Shown here piece after piece: positions 39,789-50,988 of a stretch of DNA of 64,000 bases. The stretch covers positions 416,001-480,000 of the forward strand of contig CAVXEP010000032.1 of assembly GCA_963760795.1 (NCBI GenBank). Reading direction: 5' to 3'. The notes below the pieces were generated by a model. That model saw nothing but the letters and a program-made list of their open reading frames with translations, was not told the origin of the DNA and did no database searches. The DNA comes from an uncultured delta proteobacterium (GTDB lineage: Bacteria; Desulfobacterota; Binatia; UBA9968). Both the position numbers and the translations under genes were made by a program. The number at the start of each line of letters is the position of its first letter. The first letter of the stretch is position 1.

Positions 39789-40749
39789 TCAGGTGCTCCT
39801 GGTATTTTCCGTAAACAATTCTTCCACGGTCAAATTCCGCCCCAACATCCCTTGCTGGCCGGCGAACTTGATCAAATTCTCCACGTCGTTATGGTTTTCT
39901 TTCAGGCCCTGATAGAATGGATCCTTGCCGAAAAACTTTCGTTCTTCTTCCAAATACGACCGGCCCCAGGCGAAGCTCAAGCCGGTGCGGCTGTTCCATG
40001 AAGTCGTTGTAGGCTTTGCGCGATGCGAGCAGAGCCTCGTAAAGACTCGTTGCCACCCATGGGTCGCGGTCGAGGATTTCTTTTTTGATCACCACCGGGT
40101 GCATGATCGGGAAGATGCCGGTCTTTTTGTAATAGGCGCGTTCTTCGTTCTCGAATTCCGGGAACAACCGCTCGACGGTGCCATCGCCGCGAATCCAACG
40201 CTGCGGCAAGTCGGGCTCGACTTCGGCATCGACCTTGCCTTCGACGAGTAAGTCTTCAAGCTTGCGTTTACCTTCGACGAATTCCACCTTGATATGCGGC
40301 GGCAGCTTGAAGCCGACATGCTCTTTGTTGACGATCACCCAAGTAACATCGCCGACGCCGAGATCGTAGCTGTTCATCAACATGCCTTTGCTGACCAGAG
40401 CCAAAGTGTTTTCATAACTGCGCAGACCGATGCGGCCGCCTTTCAGATCAGACGGCTTTTTGATGCCTGAACCGGCCTTGATGAAGCAAAACTTATGACC
40501 CCACATGCGCCGGGGAAAAAACGGGATCGCATGCAGCCAGTCGATGTCTTGGCCGCGCGCGACCAAATAGGACGACATGGAAAACTCGCAGGCGTCATAC
40601 TCGCCGTAGTGGAACATCCGTTCATGGCGGATGCCGCTCTCGACGGTGATGACGTTTAAGTCGAGGCCTTGAGCTTCGATCTGACCGTCGCGCAAAGGTT
40701 GCAGATAATCGTACTTGTCGAAAGCGATGGTAAGTTTCAGTTTAGCCAT
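39789..40749 (-). CDS. 4,5-dihydroxyphthalate decarboxylase-like PhnD/SsuA-fold protein (frameshift near 39980)
   Basis: L.LTIA...YD, EFSMSSYL, YY.KTGIFPIMH; tail FFG.DPF..GL..N. Confidence 0.82.
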
Positions 40750-41050
40750 AGATCAGCCTCTTTCTCAGGATTCTTCCGCGGACGCGATCAATCATACCGT
40801 CTGTTCCAGTTCTTTGACCAAATCCATACCGGCAAATCTCCGAGGGTTCAATTCTACAATGCCGGGCCTGGAGTGATCGAGATCTCACGGGTATACCGTT
40901 GCCCGACACTACGCCAAACGAGCGGGCATGTGGACGATCATAAAAGTCAGCGGCGATGCTGTCAATCAATCGGCGTATTGCCGTTGATTTCGTTGACACA
41001 CCTGGGACTGGGTGTTAAGTGACACTTAAACTTAATTAAAGGAGAACTTT

Positions 41051-41797
41051 ATGCGCTTTGATGGAAAGTCGGTGATCATTACGGGCGGCGGCGGCAAGAT
41101 CGGCAAAGCCTATGCAATGGGATTCGCCAAAGAAGGCGCGAAAGTGGCGTTACCGGATATCGCGAGCGCCGATCACGTCGTCAAAGCGATTCAGGACATG
41201 GGCGGCACGGCGATCAGCATGGCCTGCGATGTTTCCGACGAGAAGAGCGTTAAGGCGATGGTCGACAGCGTCGCCAAACAGTTCGGCAGCGTCGATGTCC
41301 TGGTCAATAATGCCGCATATTTTATGACCGTCAAAAAAAGCCCATTCTGGGAGATGGAAGTCGATGAGTTCGACAAGGCGATGGCGGTCAACGTGCGTGG
41401 CTCGTGGCTTTGTGCCAAGGCGGCTTTCCCGTACATGAAGCAGCAGGGTAAGGGCAAGATCATCAATATCTCATCCGGCACCGCGCTTAACGGCGGGCAG
41501 AACTACATCCACTACGTGACCTCGAAGGGCGCACTTATCGCCATGACAAGAGCGATGGCGAAAGAAGTCGGCGACTATAATATCTGCGTCAACACGGTTA
41601 GTCCCGGTTTCGTCGTCACCGAGGGGCGGGCAGTCGATCCTGCATTTAATGCCAGCCGCGTCGCCAACCGCGCTTTCAAGCGCGTCCAGGTCGAAAACGA
41701 TCTCGTCGGCACGGTGATGTTTTTGTCATCGCCGGAAAGTGACTTTATGACCGGCCAGCTGCTCAACGTCGACGGCGGTGCTCATTTTGTCGGATGA
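41051..41797 (+). CDS. SDR family oxidoreductase
   Basis: TGGGGKIG, NNA, YVTSK. Confidence 0.93.
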   Translation: MRFDGKSVIITGGGGKIGKAYAMGFAKEGAKVALPDIASADHVVKAIQDMGGTAISMACDVSDEKSVKAMVDSVAKQFGSVDVLVNNAAYFMTVKKSPFWEMEVDEFDKAMAVNVRGSWLCAKAAFPYMKQQGKGKIINISSGTALNGGQNYIHYVTSKGALIAMTRAMAKEVGDYNICVNTVSPGFVVTEGRAVDPAFNASRVANRAFKRVQVENDLVGTVMFLSSPESDFMTGQLLNVDGGAHFVG

Positions 41798-41804
41798 AGA
41801 ACAG

Positions 41805-41870
41805 TTAGGAGTAAAGAGAAGGAGTTAGGGGTTCCGATCCGAAACTCCTTACTGCTCACTCTTGACTCGC
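41805..41870. repeat. heptamer-unit inverted repeat (AGGAGT.../...ACTCCT)
   Basis: ttaggagtaaagagaaggagttagg vs actccttactgctcactcttgactc. Confidence 0.6.
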
Positions 41871-41889
41871 TTACCTTCCTGGAGTTCCC

Positions 41890-42639
41890 ATGCGTTTCAA
41901 AGATAAGTCCGTAATTATCACCGGCGGTGGCGGCAAGATCGCCAAGGCATATGCTATGGCATTCGCCAAAGAAGGGGCGAAGTTGTCTCTGCCGGACATT
42001 GCCAGCGCGGATCAGATCGTCAAGACGATTAAAGGATCATGGGCGGCACGGCGATCACCATGGCCTGTGATGTGTCCAATCGAGCAGAGCGTCAAGGCGA
42101 TGGTGAGCGAAACGGTGAAGCAGTTCGGTACCGTCGACATTCTGGTCAACAACGCGGCCTATTTCATGAGTGTATGGAAAGGGCCGTTCTGGGAAATGAC
42201 TGTTGAAGAATTCGACAAGGCTATGGCGGTCAACGTGCGCGGCTCCTGGCTCTGCGCCAAAGCTGCAGCACCATACATGATGAAGCAAAAGAGCGGCAAG
42301 ATTATCAATATCTCCTCCAACGTCGCACTCACCGGCAATCCCAATTACATCCATTACGTCACGTCAAAAGGCGCGCTGATCGCCATGACCCGCGCGATGG
42401 CGAAAGAGTTGGGTGACTGGAACATCTGCGTCAACTCGGTGAGTCCTGGCTTCGTCGTCACCGAAGGACGGCAAGTTGACCCCGAGTATGAAAAGATCCG
42501 CGCCCAACAGCGTAGCCTGAAAAAGACCCAGGTGGAAAACGATTTAGTGGGGACCGTGCTGTTTCTGTCGTCGAGCGAGAGCGATTTTATGACCGGACAG
42601 TTGCTGAACGTTGATGGCGGGTTTCACTTCGTTGGATAA
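41890..42639 (+). CDS. SDR family oxidoreductase, tandem paralog (compensating indels ~42035-42080)
   Basis: Highly similar to 41051-41797; NNA, YVTSK. Confidence 0.92.
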   Translation: MRFKDKSVIITGGGGKIAKAYAMAFAKEGAKLSLPDIASADQIVKTIKGSWAARRSPWPVMCPIEQSVKAMVSETVKQFGTVDILVNNAAYFMSVWKGPFWEMTVEEFDKAMAVNVRGSWLCAKAAAPYMMKQKSGKIINISSNVALTGNPNYIHYVTSKGALIAMTRAMAKELGDWNICVNSVSPGFVVTEGRQVDPEYEKIRAQQRSLKKTQVENDLVGTVLFLSSSESDFMTGQLLNVDGGFHFVG

Positions 42640-42734
42640 GAAGAAAGAACTAGCCGCAAAGAACGCAGGGAACTCAAAGTAAATCTGCAGAGGAACACGG
42701 GGGAATCAGTCGGACTCTCGCGTTCTGTTCCATT

Positions 42735-43803
42735 TTAATAGCCGCGCTGCCAGTCGATGACGTTTTCTAACGGCTGTCCCGCGAGATAACGGCTCAAGTT
42801 TTCGCAGAACAACTTCACACCACCGTGCTCGGAGATATCCGTTACCGCGGAAACATGAGGCGTGATGACAACGCGTTCATCATCCCATAGGCGCATATCA
42901 GGTGGGCGCTCGAATTCACCGTCGTAGACATCGGTAGCGAAGCCGCGCAGCTTTGCCTTGATTTAGAGCAACGATCAAAGCTTCTTCATCGACGATCTCG
43001 CCGCGCGCGATGTTGACCAAAACCGTTCCCGGTTTCATCGCGGCAAAGGCTTCGCGACCTATTAGATGAGTGGTCTCCGTCGTCCATGGACAACAAATTG
43101 CTACGAACTCACTTTCGCGCAGCAATTCATGTAATGCGCCAGCGGTTTCCAATCGCGCAAAAACTGGGGGAGGCGGAGATGCCGAAGCAATTTCTCGCCG
43201 CGTTCCGACGACGCGCATCCCGGCTGCGGCACAAAGTTTAGCCACTTCCTGGCCGATACCGCCGGTGCCAACGACGCAAACGGTCTTGTCCCGAATAATT
43301 ATCGGATCGTAGGTGTGATGATCGAGCTGGTGGCGGCGTTGATCACGGTAGCTTAAGTGCAGTCCGCGGGAGAAGTGGAGGAAGCTAGCCAAGACATATT
43401 CGGCCATCGGGCGACGGTTCGTGAGCCCGCGCGAGGTCGTAACGATAACATCTGAACCCCACAGATCGGTGTCGAGGAAGTTACTGGCTCCGGCTGGCAG
43501 CTCATGAACCCATTTCAGTCGGGGCGCGCGGGCTCGGATATCTTTTACCGGCGGCCAGCCTACGAGCATGATCTCGGCCGACGCCAGCGCATCGTTTCGC
43601 TGGGCCACGGTGGTTGCAGGATATTTACGGGAGCCAAGATAACGATCGACGGTCCACTGCGGCCAAGTCGCGCGCAACTCAACATCGAACCATCCTCTGG
43701 CATCGATAACTCTAACGCGCTGATCGACCTTGGCAATTCGGTCAAGCACCGCATCCGGCATTTGCTGAATCACCAAAACTTTAATGTTTTCAATATCTGT
43801 CAT
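42735..43803 (-). CDS. D-2-hydroxyacid dehydrogenase (frameshift near 42960)
   Basis: GTGGIG, MKPG.VLVNIARG; shifted tail TPHVS...NVIDWQRGY*. Confidence 0.88.
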
Positions 43804-43975
43804 GCTATTTCTCACGGGAAGTCTTTATTTCTAACCGTGGATTTTCAATTCTCAATCAGGGCGGGTATCGCTTAGTGCGCTGCCACGCGCAAAAGATCGA
43901 GTCAATGCAGCGGCGAGATTCTATCGCTCGCACTAGAATTCACATCAGCCTACCGCTTACACTTGCCCCGGCGGA

Positions 43976-44923
43976 TTATTTCGACTGACCGGCGATGAAG
44001 TCGAGCACGGCGCGATTGAAGAGCTCCGGTTGTTCCCAGTAGGTCGAGTGGCCGGCCTCGGGCAGCGGAGCCACGCGGCTGTTCGGAATCTCAGCAGCGA
44101 TCATGCGCGAGATCGACGGCGGCGTCGACATGTCGGCAGCGCCGGAGATCAGCAGGGTCGGCAGCTTCAGTTCCTTGAGCCTTGCCTGGGTTATCTCGTT
44201 CTTGAGCGTTTGCCGGTATTCGCTGCCGATCAGCGCCTTGTGTTCGAGCTCCATCCACGCCTTGACACCTTCGGGGTTGGCCGCTCGGTAGGACGGACCG
44301 AGCTCGCGAAACTCGGCCGGCATTTGTTCCCAGCCTTTAGGGCGAATGAAGGCCGCCGCCTTGGCGATCTCGCCGTCGCGCACGCCGAAGGAATTGCTGG
44401 AAATGGTCAGGCTCAGGAGCCGGTCCTGATAGGAGAACGCGAAGTCCGACGCGATGCTGCCGCCGGCCGCCGACGCCACCACATGAAATCGTCCAAGGCC
44501 CAGGGTGTCCGCTAGGTGGCGAAGGTCCTCGGAGCCGATACCAGGACTCTTCGGGTCGAAGGGCGCGGAGTTGTAGTAGCCGCGCCGCGAATAGGCGATG
44601 ACGCGGTAGCCGGCCTTCGCGAACACCGGCTGCTGGTAACCCCAGATCAGCGCGCTGCCGGTGGCCGGATGCAGAAGCACGATGGGCACTCCCGGCCCGC
44701 CCGTGTCCCAGTACCAGAGACGGGTGTCGGGGATCTGCGCCACGCCGTCCTTGGCCGGAAGCTGCACGGGGATGGCAGTGGTTTTCATCGGATTGGCCAC
44801 CGTTTGGCTGTGTGCCGTCTCGATAGGGCCGGTGCCGAGGGCTGCCAATCCGGCAGCGAGGCCGACGGTACGGAGGAACGCGCCCGCTGACCGGGCGCCA
44901 GTGGAGGAATGGATCTTAGCCAT
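43976..44923 (-). CDS. alpha/beta hydrolase
   Basis: WY.DTGG.G, LLHP, ASAAGG, AGHS.YWE.P. Confidence 0.88.
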   Translation of the reverse strand: MAKIHSSTGARSAGAFLRTVGLAAGLAALGTGPIETAHSQTVANPMKTTAIPVQLPAKDGVAQIPDTRLWYWDTGGPGVPIVLLHPATGSALIWGYQQPVFAKAGYRVIAYSRRGYYNSAPFDPKSPGIGSEDLRHLADTLGLGRFHVVASAAGGSIASDFAFSYQDRLLSLTISSNSFGVRDGEIAKAAAFIRPKGWEQMPAEFRELGPSYRAANPEGVKAWMELEHKALIGSEYRQTLKNEITQARLKELKLPTLLISGAADMSTPPSISRMIAAEIPNSRVAPLPEAGHSTYWEQPELFNRAVLDFIAGQSK

Positions 44924-45244
44924 GGTTTCATATGCTCCCTCAGTATTCCCATTTTTTAAAAGACACAATGGCCATGTCAGACTTGCCGAAGTCGCCTGAT
45001 GAAACAGAATGGCCGGTTTCATTTCGTTGGCTAAATTACTGTAGTGAAACTCGCATAGCTTGCCGACTCCCTGTCTTGCTGGTCCTATGTTGTGTCTTTT
45101 ATCAAGCGAAGGCGCTCTGGTAGCGGGTCAGTTGTTGAACTTGAACATTTTGTTTCATGTTATCGGTTATTCCGACAGCATTTGACGTTGGCTGAAAGGG
45201 TTTGTCCCGAAGTCCAAACTTACAATTGGTTTAGCGTCTATTAA

Positions 45245-46261
45245 TCATCGCTTTTTATACAGCCCATCGATAAAACCGTTGTCGTCAAATTCTTTTATCA
45301 GGCTCATGTCGGCGAAGTCTTCCGCTTTTGCCGAGCGGACCTTTGGATCCTTTTCACCGAGTTCGGCGAGGGCTTCTTTGATCGAGTCGAGAGACGGGTA
45401 GGGCTTTTGCGGTACTAGGCGGGAGAAAAACTGATAGCTATCTTCCAAGGCGTCGTTATCGTCGGTCTTGACGTATTTGCCGATGACCTTTTTGCTGAAT
45501 TCCTTGTTGGTCTTGTAAAGGTGGATGCCTTCGAGCAGGGCGCGGGTAAATTTGCGCACGGTTTCTCGCTTGTCCTTGATGAACGAAATCCGCGCGGCCA
45601 CGGGCGTGGTCGGGTAGGCGCCGCCAAAGTCTTCTGGCTCAGCGATGATATTCATATTGAATTTGCGCGCCAGGTTAGTCACTGGCGGCTGAGCCACCAT
45701 GCCATGCACTTGTTTTGATTGAATCGCTGCCAGGCGGGTGGGTTGGCCGCCCGGTATTTGTAACACCGCTACGTCGACATCGGGTTTCAACCCCCACTTT
45801 AGCAATATTTTACGGGTTGCGTAATCGGAGTTGGAGCCGAAGCGGCTAACGGTAAGTTTTTTACCCCGGAGGTCTTCCGGCTTTTTGATCTCCGGTGAAA
45901 CCACCATGCTGTAGGCGAGGATATTGAGTAAGCCGGCGATCAGCGTGACATCGGCGCCGCGTAGCTTGGCGACCACTGGCGCATTACCGCCGACCTGAGC
46001 GATCGGTAGGTCGCCGGACATCATCGCTTGAGTGGCCCGAGAACCGCCGTCGAGGTAGATCATGATCACGTCGAGGCCGTTCTTCTCGAACAGACCAGCT
46101 TCCTTGGTGATCCAGAACGGCGCTTGCGAGCCGGCGATAGCGCTCCAGCCGAGGGTGAGTTTTTCCAGCGGCGCCGAGGCCGCGAGGCCTTTTTGTGGCG
46201 ACACCGCTATGAATACTATAGTTGCTACAACGATTGACACCACAGTTTTTAAATTCCGCAT
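45245..46261 (-). CDS. NitT/TauT-family ABC substrate-binding protein
   Basis: GLFEKNGLDV, DLRGKK..VSRFGS, PYPS. Confidence 0.9.
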   Translation of the reverse strand: MRNLKTVVSIVVATIVFIAVSPQKGLAASAPLEKLTLGWSAIAGSQAPFWITKEAGLFEKNGLDVIMIYLDGGSRATQAMMSGDLPIAQVGGNAPVVAKLRGADVTLIAGLLNILAYSMVVSPEIKKPEDLRGKKLTVSRFGSNSDYATRKILLKWGLKPDVDVAVLQIPGGQPTRLAAIQSKQVHGMVAQPPVTNLARKFNMNIIAEPEDFGGAYPTTPVAARISFIKDKRETVRKFTRALLEGIHLYKTNKEFSKKVIGKYVKTDDNDALEDSYQFFSRLVPQKPYPSLDSIKEALAELGEKDPKVRSAKAEDFADMSLIKEFDDNGFIDGLYKKR

Positions 46262-46362
46262 AAAGCTAAACCGTTACTCCTCCTCGATTCGATCGGTACC
46301 GCAGCGCTCAACATCTGATAATCCTAAGGTGAACTTTTGACCCCCTTGAACCTTGAACAAAG

Positions 46363-47157
46363 CTAAGCCGCGCTCTCCCACTTATCGACGTCGACTTCCC
46401 ATCCTTTGGTTTGCGATAAATCCAACGCGTTGCCTTCGATATCGCGGAAACGAACTTCGGCGTAAGGGCGTGTCGACGGGCGCGGGGCTATGTTTAAGAC
46501 GCTGCTGAGCTCGGCCATCGTCGCTTGCATGGTGTTGGTCAAAAAGCCGATATGGTTGATGCCGTACTTGGCTTCGTGGCCTTCGACCTGGCTGTAAAAG
46601 GGATGAATCGCCAGATTGGTTTGGCCGTCGGCGCAGAAGCGATTACCGCGTCCCTGCTGGCGGCGCAGATAGCTCGACGGCACTTCGCGTAGCCCCAGCA
46701 CCTGAGTGTAGAACTGCAACATGGTTTCGGGATCGAGGGCGTTGTAGGCGATGTGACGCACGCGGGGAAATTTCTTCTCTTTGCTCGCCGGCACGCCGAA
46801 ACTCGTTGTCGAGACCGTGACGGGCCGGCATTCCGGGTCGTGCAAACGAATTTGGCCATGCTGCAAATCGTTCGCTTCCTGGATAATCATGCCGCGCGGA
46901 TTCAATCTTAAAAATCGTCCCTTCACTTCTTCGAGATCGTCGACCTGGACACCGATATGGTGCAGGCCGTTGTTCATCTGCATCTCGCCCAGCTCGGGGC
47001 GGTTTTTGAAAAAGGTTAAATTGTAAAAACCGTCGGTGATGGTGATGTCGCCGTCGGGAGATCGCCCCAGTTCCTCGGTGCCAAGAAAACGCTGGTAGAA
47101 TGCGACGAGCTTGCCGGGATCTTCGGAGAGATAAGCGACGTAGCGTAGTGTAGCCAT
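46363..47157 (-). CDS. two-domain VOC family protein
   Basis: GLHHIG, RVRHIA, GINHIGF, D.EGN. Confidence 0.85.
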   Translation of the reverse strand: MATLRYVAYLSEDPGKLVAFYQRFLGTEELGRSPDGDITITDGFYNLTFFKNRPELGEMQMNNGLHHIGVQVDDLEEVKGRFLRLNPRGMIIQEANDLQHGQIRLHDPECRPVTVSTTSFGVPASKEKKFPRVRHIAYNALDPETMLQFYTQVLGLREVPSSYLRRQQGRGNRFCADGQTNLAIHPFYSQVEGHEAKYGINHIGFLTNTMQATMAELSSVLNIAPRPSTRPYAEVRFRDIEGNALDLSQTKGWEVDVDKWESAA

Positions 47158-47175
47158 GGGAGTCCTCCGGTCGGG

Positions 47176-47262
47176 TTGGAGTAATGAAGTCGTGGAGTGA
47201 TGGAGTAGTGGGTCGGATCTGATTTCAAATCACCCAACACTCCAGTACTCCATCACTCCATT
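47176..47262. repeat. TGGAGTNN octamer inverted tandem repeat
   Basis: 4-5 TGGAGT units, spacer, then 3-4 ACTCCA units. Confidence 0.85.
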
Positions 47263-47266
47263 CTTC

Positions 47267-48364
47267 TCAATCTCGTATGTTTTGCGTAAACCATGCCAAA
47301 GGCATCGGGTGGCCGAGGCCTTTGGCCTTGGCTAGGTTATACGCGGTGCCGCCGACGGCGGCAAATTGTAACCCCTGAGTGCCTTGATTGTTCAAGAAGG
47401 TAACTTGTTGGTCGTTGGCGCGGCCGATCCATTTGCCCGCCATGATGTCGGGAACGGTGCCGATGTCGGGGTTGTCGATTTCATGATGCGGCGAAGAAGG
47501 TATTTTCTTTTTTTCCTCTGGGCTGCCGGCGATGAAGCCGAACATGCCGTCGCTGCCGGTGACGACTTCGGGTGCGTTGCGGTCGGCGTACAACGTCGAC
47601 GTGCCCAAGCGCGCGCGCACCTCGGCGCGGGCGAGCACGTCGGGACCGGCTTCGTTGTTGCGCACGTTGTTGATATGCATGCCGGGCTCCAGCCAATCGG
47701 CCTTGATTACCGGGATTAGCGAATCGGTCGTCAGCGATACGATATCCGCGCCTTTGAGTGCTTTCTCCGGCGAGTCGACGGCGATCACTTCGATATCGAG
47801 CTTCTCGGTCATCTCGGCGGCGAAGGCCTCGCGGTTCTTTTTCGTCGGGCTAAACACGCGCATGACTTCGAGCGGTCGAACATGTTTGATCGCTTCGGTG
47901 TAACTTCTCGCCATGCCGCCGGAGCCGATCATCGCCATGACTTTGGCGTCTTTGCGGGCCAGATATTTCGTGCCGAGGCCGGCGCAGGCGCCGACGCGCA
48001 TATGCTGCAAATAGCCGTCGTTCATGATTGCCAGCGGCTCGCCGTTGCGCGTGCTGGTGAGAAAGATCAAGCCGCAATAGGTGCCGCGCTCCATGCAATA
48101 CTTGTCTTCGACCATGAAGCCGTCCTGATTTTCCCAGGCGAGCATGTCCGACTTCATGCGGATGGCGAACACGCCCAGCTTGCGCGACGCGCCTTCCATG
48201 GTGCCCCAACGATAGTAATGCGGCTCGTTAGGCACGTAGAAGTCGATGCGCGGCCGGTAGCCGGCTTTGAGCTCGTTAAGTTCCCGGTAAGCATCTTCCA
48301 TGGCGTCGATGCAGGTCTTCATGTCGAGCACCTGTTCGATCTGTTCGTTGGTGAGAAAAATCAT
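47267..48364 (-). CDS. ornithine cyclodeaminase/mu-crystallin family protein
   Basis: R.GA...G..YLAR, IGSG..A, G..Q.AAV. Confidence 0.9.
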   Translation of the reverse strand: MIFLTNEQIEQVLDMKTCIDAMEDAYRELNELKAGYRPRIDFYVPNEPHYYRWGTMEGASRKLGVFAIRMKSDMLAWENQDGFMVEDKYCMERGTYCGLIFLTSTRNGEPLAIMNDGYLQHMRVGACAGLGTKYLARKDAKVMAMIGSGGMARSYTEAIKHVRPLEVMRVFSPTKKNREAFAAEMTEKLDIEVIAVDSPEKALKGADIVSLTTDSLIPVIKADWLEPGMHINNVRNNEAGPDVLARAEVRARLGTSTLYADRNAPEVVTGSDGMFGFIAGSPEEKKKIPSSPHHEIDNPDIGTVPDIMAGKWIGRANDQQVTFLNNQGTQGLQFAAVGGTAYNLAKAKGLGHPMPLAWFTQNIRD

Positions 48365-48392
48365 AATTATCCTTTCGCCGACGTAGCAGTTG

Positions 48393-49418
48393 TTATTGGC
48401 GAATAAATCCGCTCTGTTCGAGACGCCGGAGAATACTCGTGTCGACGATATCTTCGGTTTTCAGCTGAGCGATTTTGGGATTTCGCGCGCCCATGATCTG
48501 GATGGCGGCCTTGACCGCATCGAGGTTGGGATAAGGGCGACGCTCAACTTTGGGGATCAAGTCGTCGTAGGCGTGCTTGGCATCTTCGCCGGAAAGCCGA
48601 AGGTTTCTGGCTACGATATTTGTGACCGTCGAGCGATTCGCGGGATTGAGGATGAAAGCGTTACCTTCGACTATCACCTTTACCACCGCTTCAGCGGTTT
48701 TCGGCCGCTCCTTGAGAAATGACCGAGTGGTGACTAGCGCGTTGTTGACGAAGGGTACGCCCAGTTGCTCAAGATTGCCGAGATAGGTGGGTCCGCGGCC
48801 TTTGATCTGACCGGAGATCGATGCGTCCATCAAGGTCGCGTCGATGCGCCCGGCCAAGACCGCTTGGGCGCGCGTGGGTTCGTCGCCGATAGCTACAAAA
48901 CTGATTCGGTCGCGTTTCTCGTCCAAATTGAAATGTTGCAGCATTAGAAACGATGCCACATGGGATGAGCTGCCGAAGCCGCTGATGCCGATGGTCTTAC
49001 CTTTGAGTTCCTCGGGCTTCTTGATCTCGGCCTTGGCCCAGATGTCATAAGTGAGTTTATTGTTGATGCCTAGAATTAGCACACTATCCGCGCCGCCGCC
49101 CACCGCGGCGACTACGGGTGTTGCGCCGGTAAACGCCATTGGAGAGGAGCCGGACAACATAGCTTGGGTCATGCGCGCACCACCGGTGATTAAGACTACC
49201 GTGGCTTCGACTCCATGCTTGCGGAATAGCCCGAGTTCCTTGGGCACCCAGAGCGCCGCGATGTCGTTACGGAGGTTGGAGTGACCGATGACTAGCTTCT
49301 CTGATTCTTGCGCGCGGATCGAGCCGGGGCTATGAAACATCGCCACCAAGCCAATCATGGCGCAATAAAGCCAGCAATAATTCATGATCCTTCTCCGGCA
49401 AGCTCGGTTGAACTTCAT
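48393..49418 (-). CDS. NitT/TauT-family ABC substrate-binding protein
   Basis: GLFRKHG, ELKGKTIG, GRIDAT, PYP. Confidence 0.9.
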   Translation of the reverse strand: MKFNRACRRRIMNYCWLYCAMIGLVAMFHSPGSIRAQESEKLVIGHSNLRNDIAALWVPKELGLFRKHGVEATVVLITGGARMTQAMLSGSSPMAFTGATPVVAAVGGGADSVLILGINNKLTYDIWAKAEIKKPEELKGKTIGISGFGSSSHVASFLMLQHFNLDEKRDRISFVAIGDEPTRAQAVLAGRIDATLMDASISGQIKGRGPTYLGNLEQLGVPFVNNALVTTRSFLKERPKTAEAVVKVIVEGNAFILNPANRSTVTNIVARNLRLSGEDAKHAYDDLIPKVERRPYPNLDAVKAAIQIMGARNPKIAQLKTEDIVDTSILRRLEQSGFIRQ

Positions 49419-49525
49419 CGCCCGGAGATTATCGCAATCTGCTTATGGATCAAGCCCTTTTACTTCTTGCCCACAGCCCGATCACGGCGTAAAAACATCG
49501 TAGTCAAGCTGAAAGAAGGCGACTC

Positions 49526-49817
49526 GTGAAAAGACTCGTGTGGACACAGTTGCTCATGCGTTTCTTTAGTTTGTTGTTGCTCCAGCAGGGGCGCAGAATC
49601 GCTTTCGCGCCGTCAGCGGTGGTTTTGGCACGGCGATCCATCCGGTGCTGTGGGTCGGCTACGAGAAAAAGATATTTCAAAAATACGGACTCGACATGGA
49701 ATATTTCGCCATCGAGAACGCTACGGTGTCGAGGCAGACGTTGGAACTATAGGAACGGCAATTAAGGATCCCAAGCAAACTTGCAACAACAGTTTTGTCG
49801 AAGAGGCGTTGCGTTAG
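49526..49817 (+). pseudogene. internally deleted ABC substrate-binding protein remnant
   Basis: Shifted frame VSGGFGTAIHPVLWVGYEKKIFQKYGLDMEY; tail fragment IKDPKQ...NSFVEE. Confidence 0.55.
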
Positions 49818-49979
49818 AGCTTGCGAGAGTTCGGCGAGGTGTTACGCTTATTTCTGCCGAGTCATAAAGTCGAATGGCTGAATTGGCTGGGCGGGATCGA
49901 GTTGGTTGTGAATTGTGCGTAGGGTGGAGAGATTGAGGATCGATGCTAGTTGCCGGACGGCTATTGGCCAGGAGGGAAT

Positions 49980-50970
49980 ATGAGATACGGCGGTATAAGT
50001 CGGTTGATGGGCTTGGTCGTTGTCTTATCTCTGGCCTTGGCGACTGGCGTCTCGGCGCAGTTGACCAAGCTACGCGCTGCTTACTCGGCTGAAAGCTCCT
50101 GGTCGCTGGCGACTTGGATCGCCCATGACGGCGGCCTGTTCAAAAAGTATGGACTGGATGTCGACTTGATATTGATTCGCAGCGCGTCGACGATCACCTC
50201 GGCGTTGATCGCCGGCGAAGCGCCGATGATCCAGCTCGGCGGCAACGGCACCATCCAGGCGGCATTGCAGGGGGCGGACACGGTCAATGTGCTTGACCCT
50301 GGTGCCGATCATCCCGCAGAGTTTGGTGGTGACGCCGGATATAAAAAGCGCTGACGATCTGCGCGGCAAGCGGCTGGGTGTCACCCGCTTCGGCGCCTTG
50401 AGCGATCTGGTAATCCGGCGCTATCTGCGCAAGCTCGGTCTCGATCCCGCCAAGGATGTCACCATCGTGCAGATCGGCGGCATTCCCGAGTTAGTGACGG
50501 CGATGAAGGCTGGCGCGATTTCCGGGGGATCGATTTCTCCGCCGGCGCTCACGGTCGCGAAGAAGGCCGGCTTCAGAGAGCTGTCGGATTTTGAAACTCT
50601 CGACTACAAGTATCCGGCGGTGACGATCGCCTCGACCAAAAGTTTCATTCAACGCCAGCGCGCCACGGCGCTGAATTTCATTCGCGGCGAGATCGAGGGC
50701 ATTCACGCCATCCGCACGCAAAAAGGCCTCGCTATCAACGTGTTGAAAAAGTACATGCGCATCAACGATGCCGATGTCCTCGAAGACGGCTATCGATACG
50801 CCGTCAAATTCTTTCAAGCGCGTCCCTATCCAACCCTCGACGAAGTGCGCGCGGTGCTCGACGAGTACAAGAGCATGCCGCAAGCCGCCAATGCCAAACC
50901 TGAACAGTTTATCGATCTGAGCTTGTTGCAGGAGTTGGAAAAGGAGAAGTTTTTCGAACGGCTCAAATAA
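49980..50970 (+). CDS. NitT/TauT-family ABC substrate-binding protein (frameshift near 50295)
   Basis: GLFKKYGLDV joins DLRGKRLGVTRFG...PYP. Confidence 0.88.
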
Positions 50971-50988
50971 CGGACTGGGAGAACAGTG

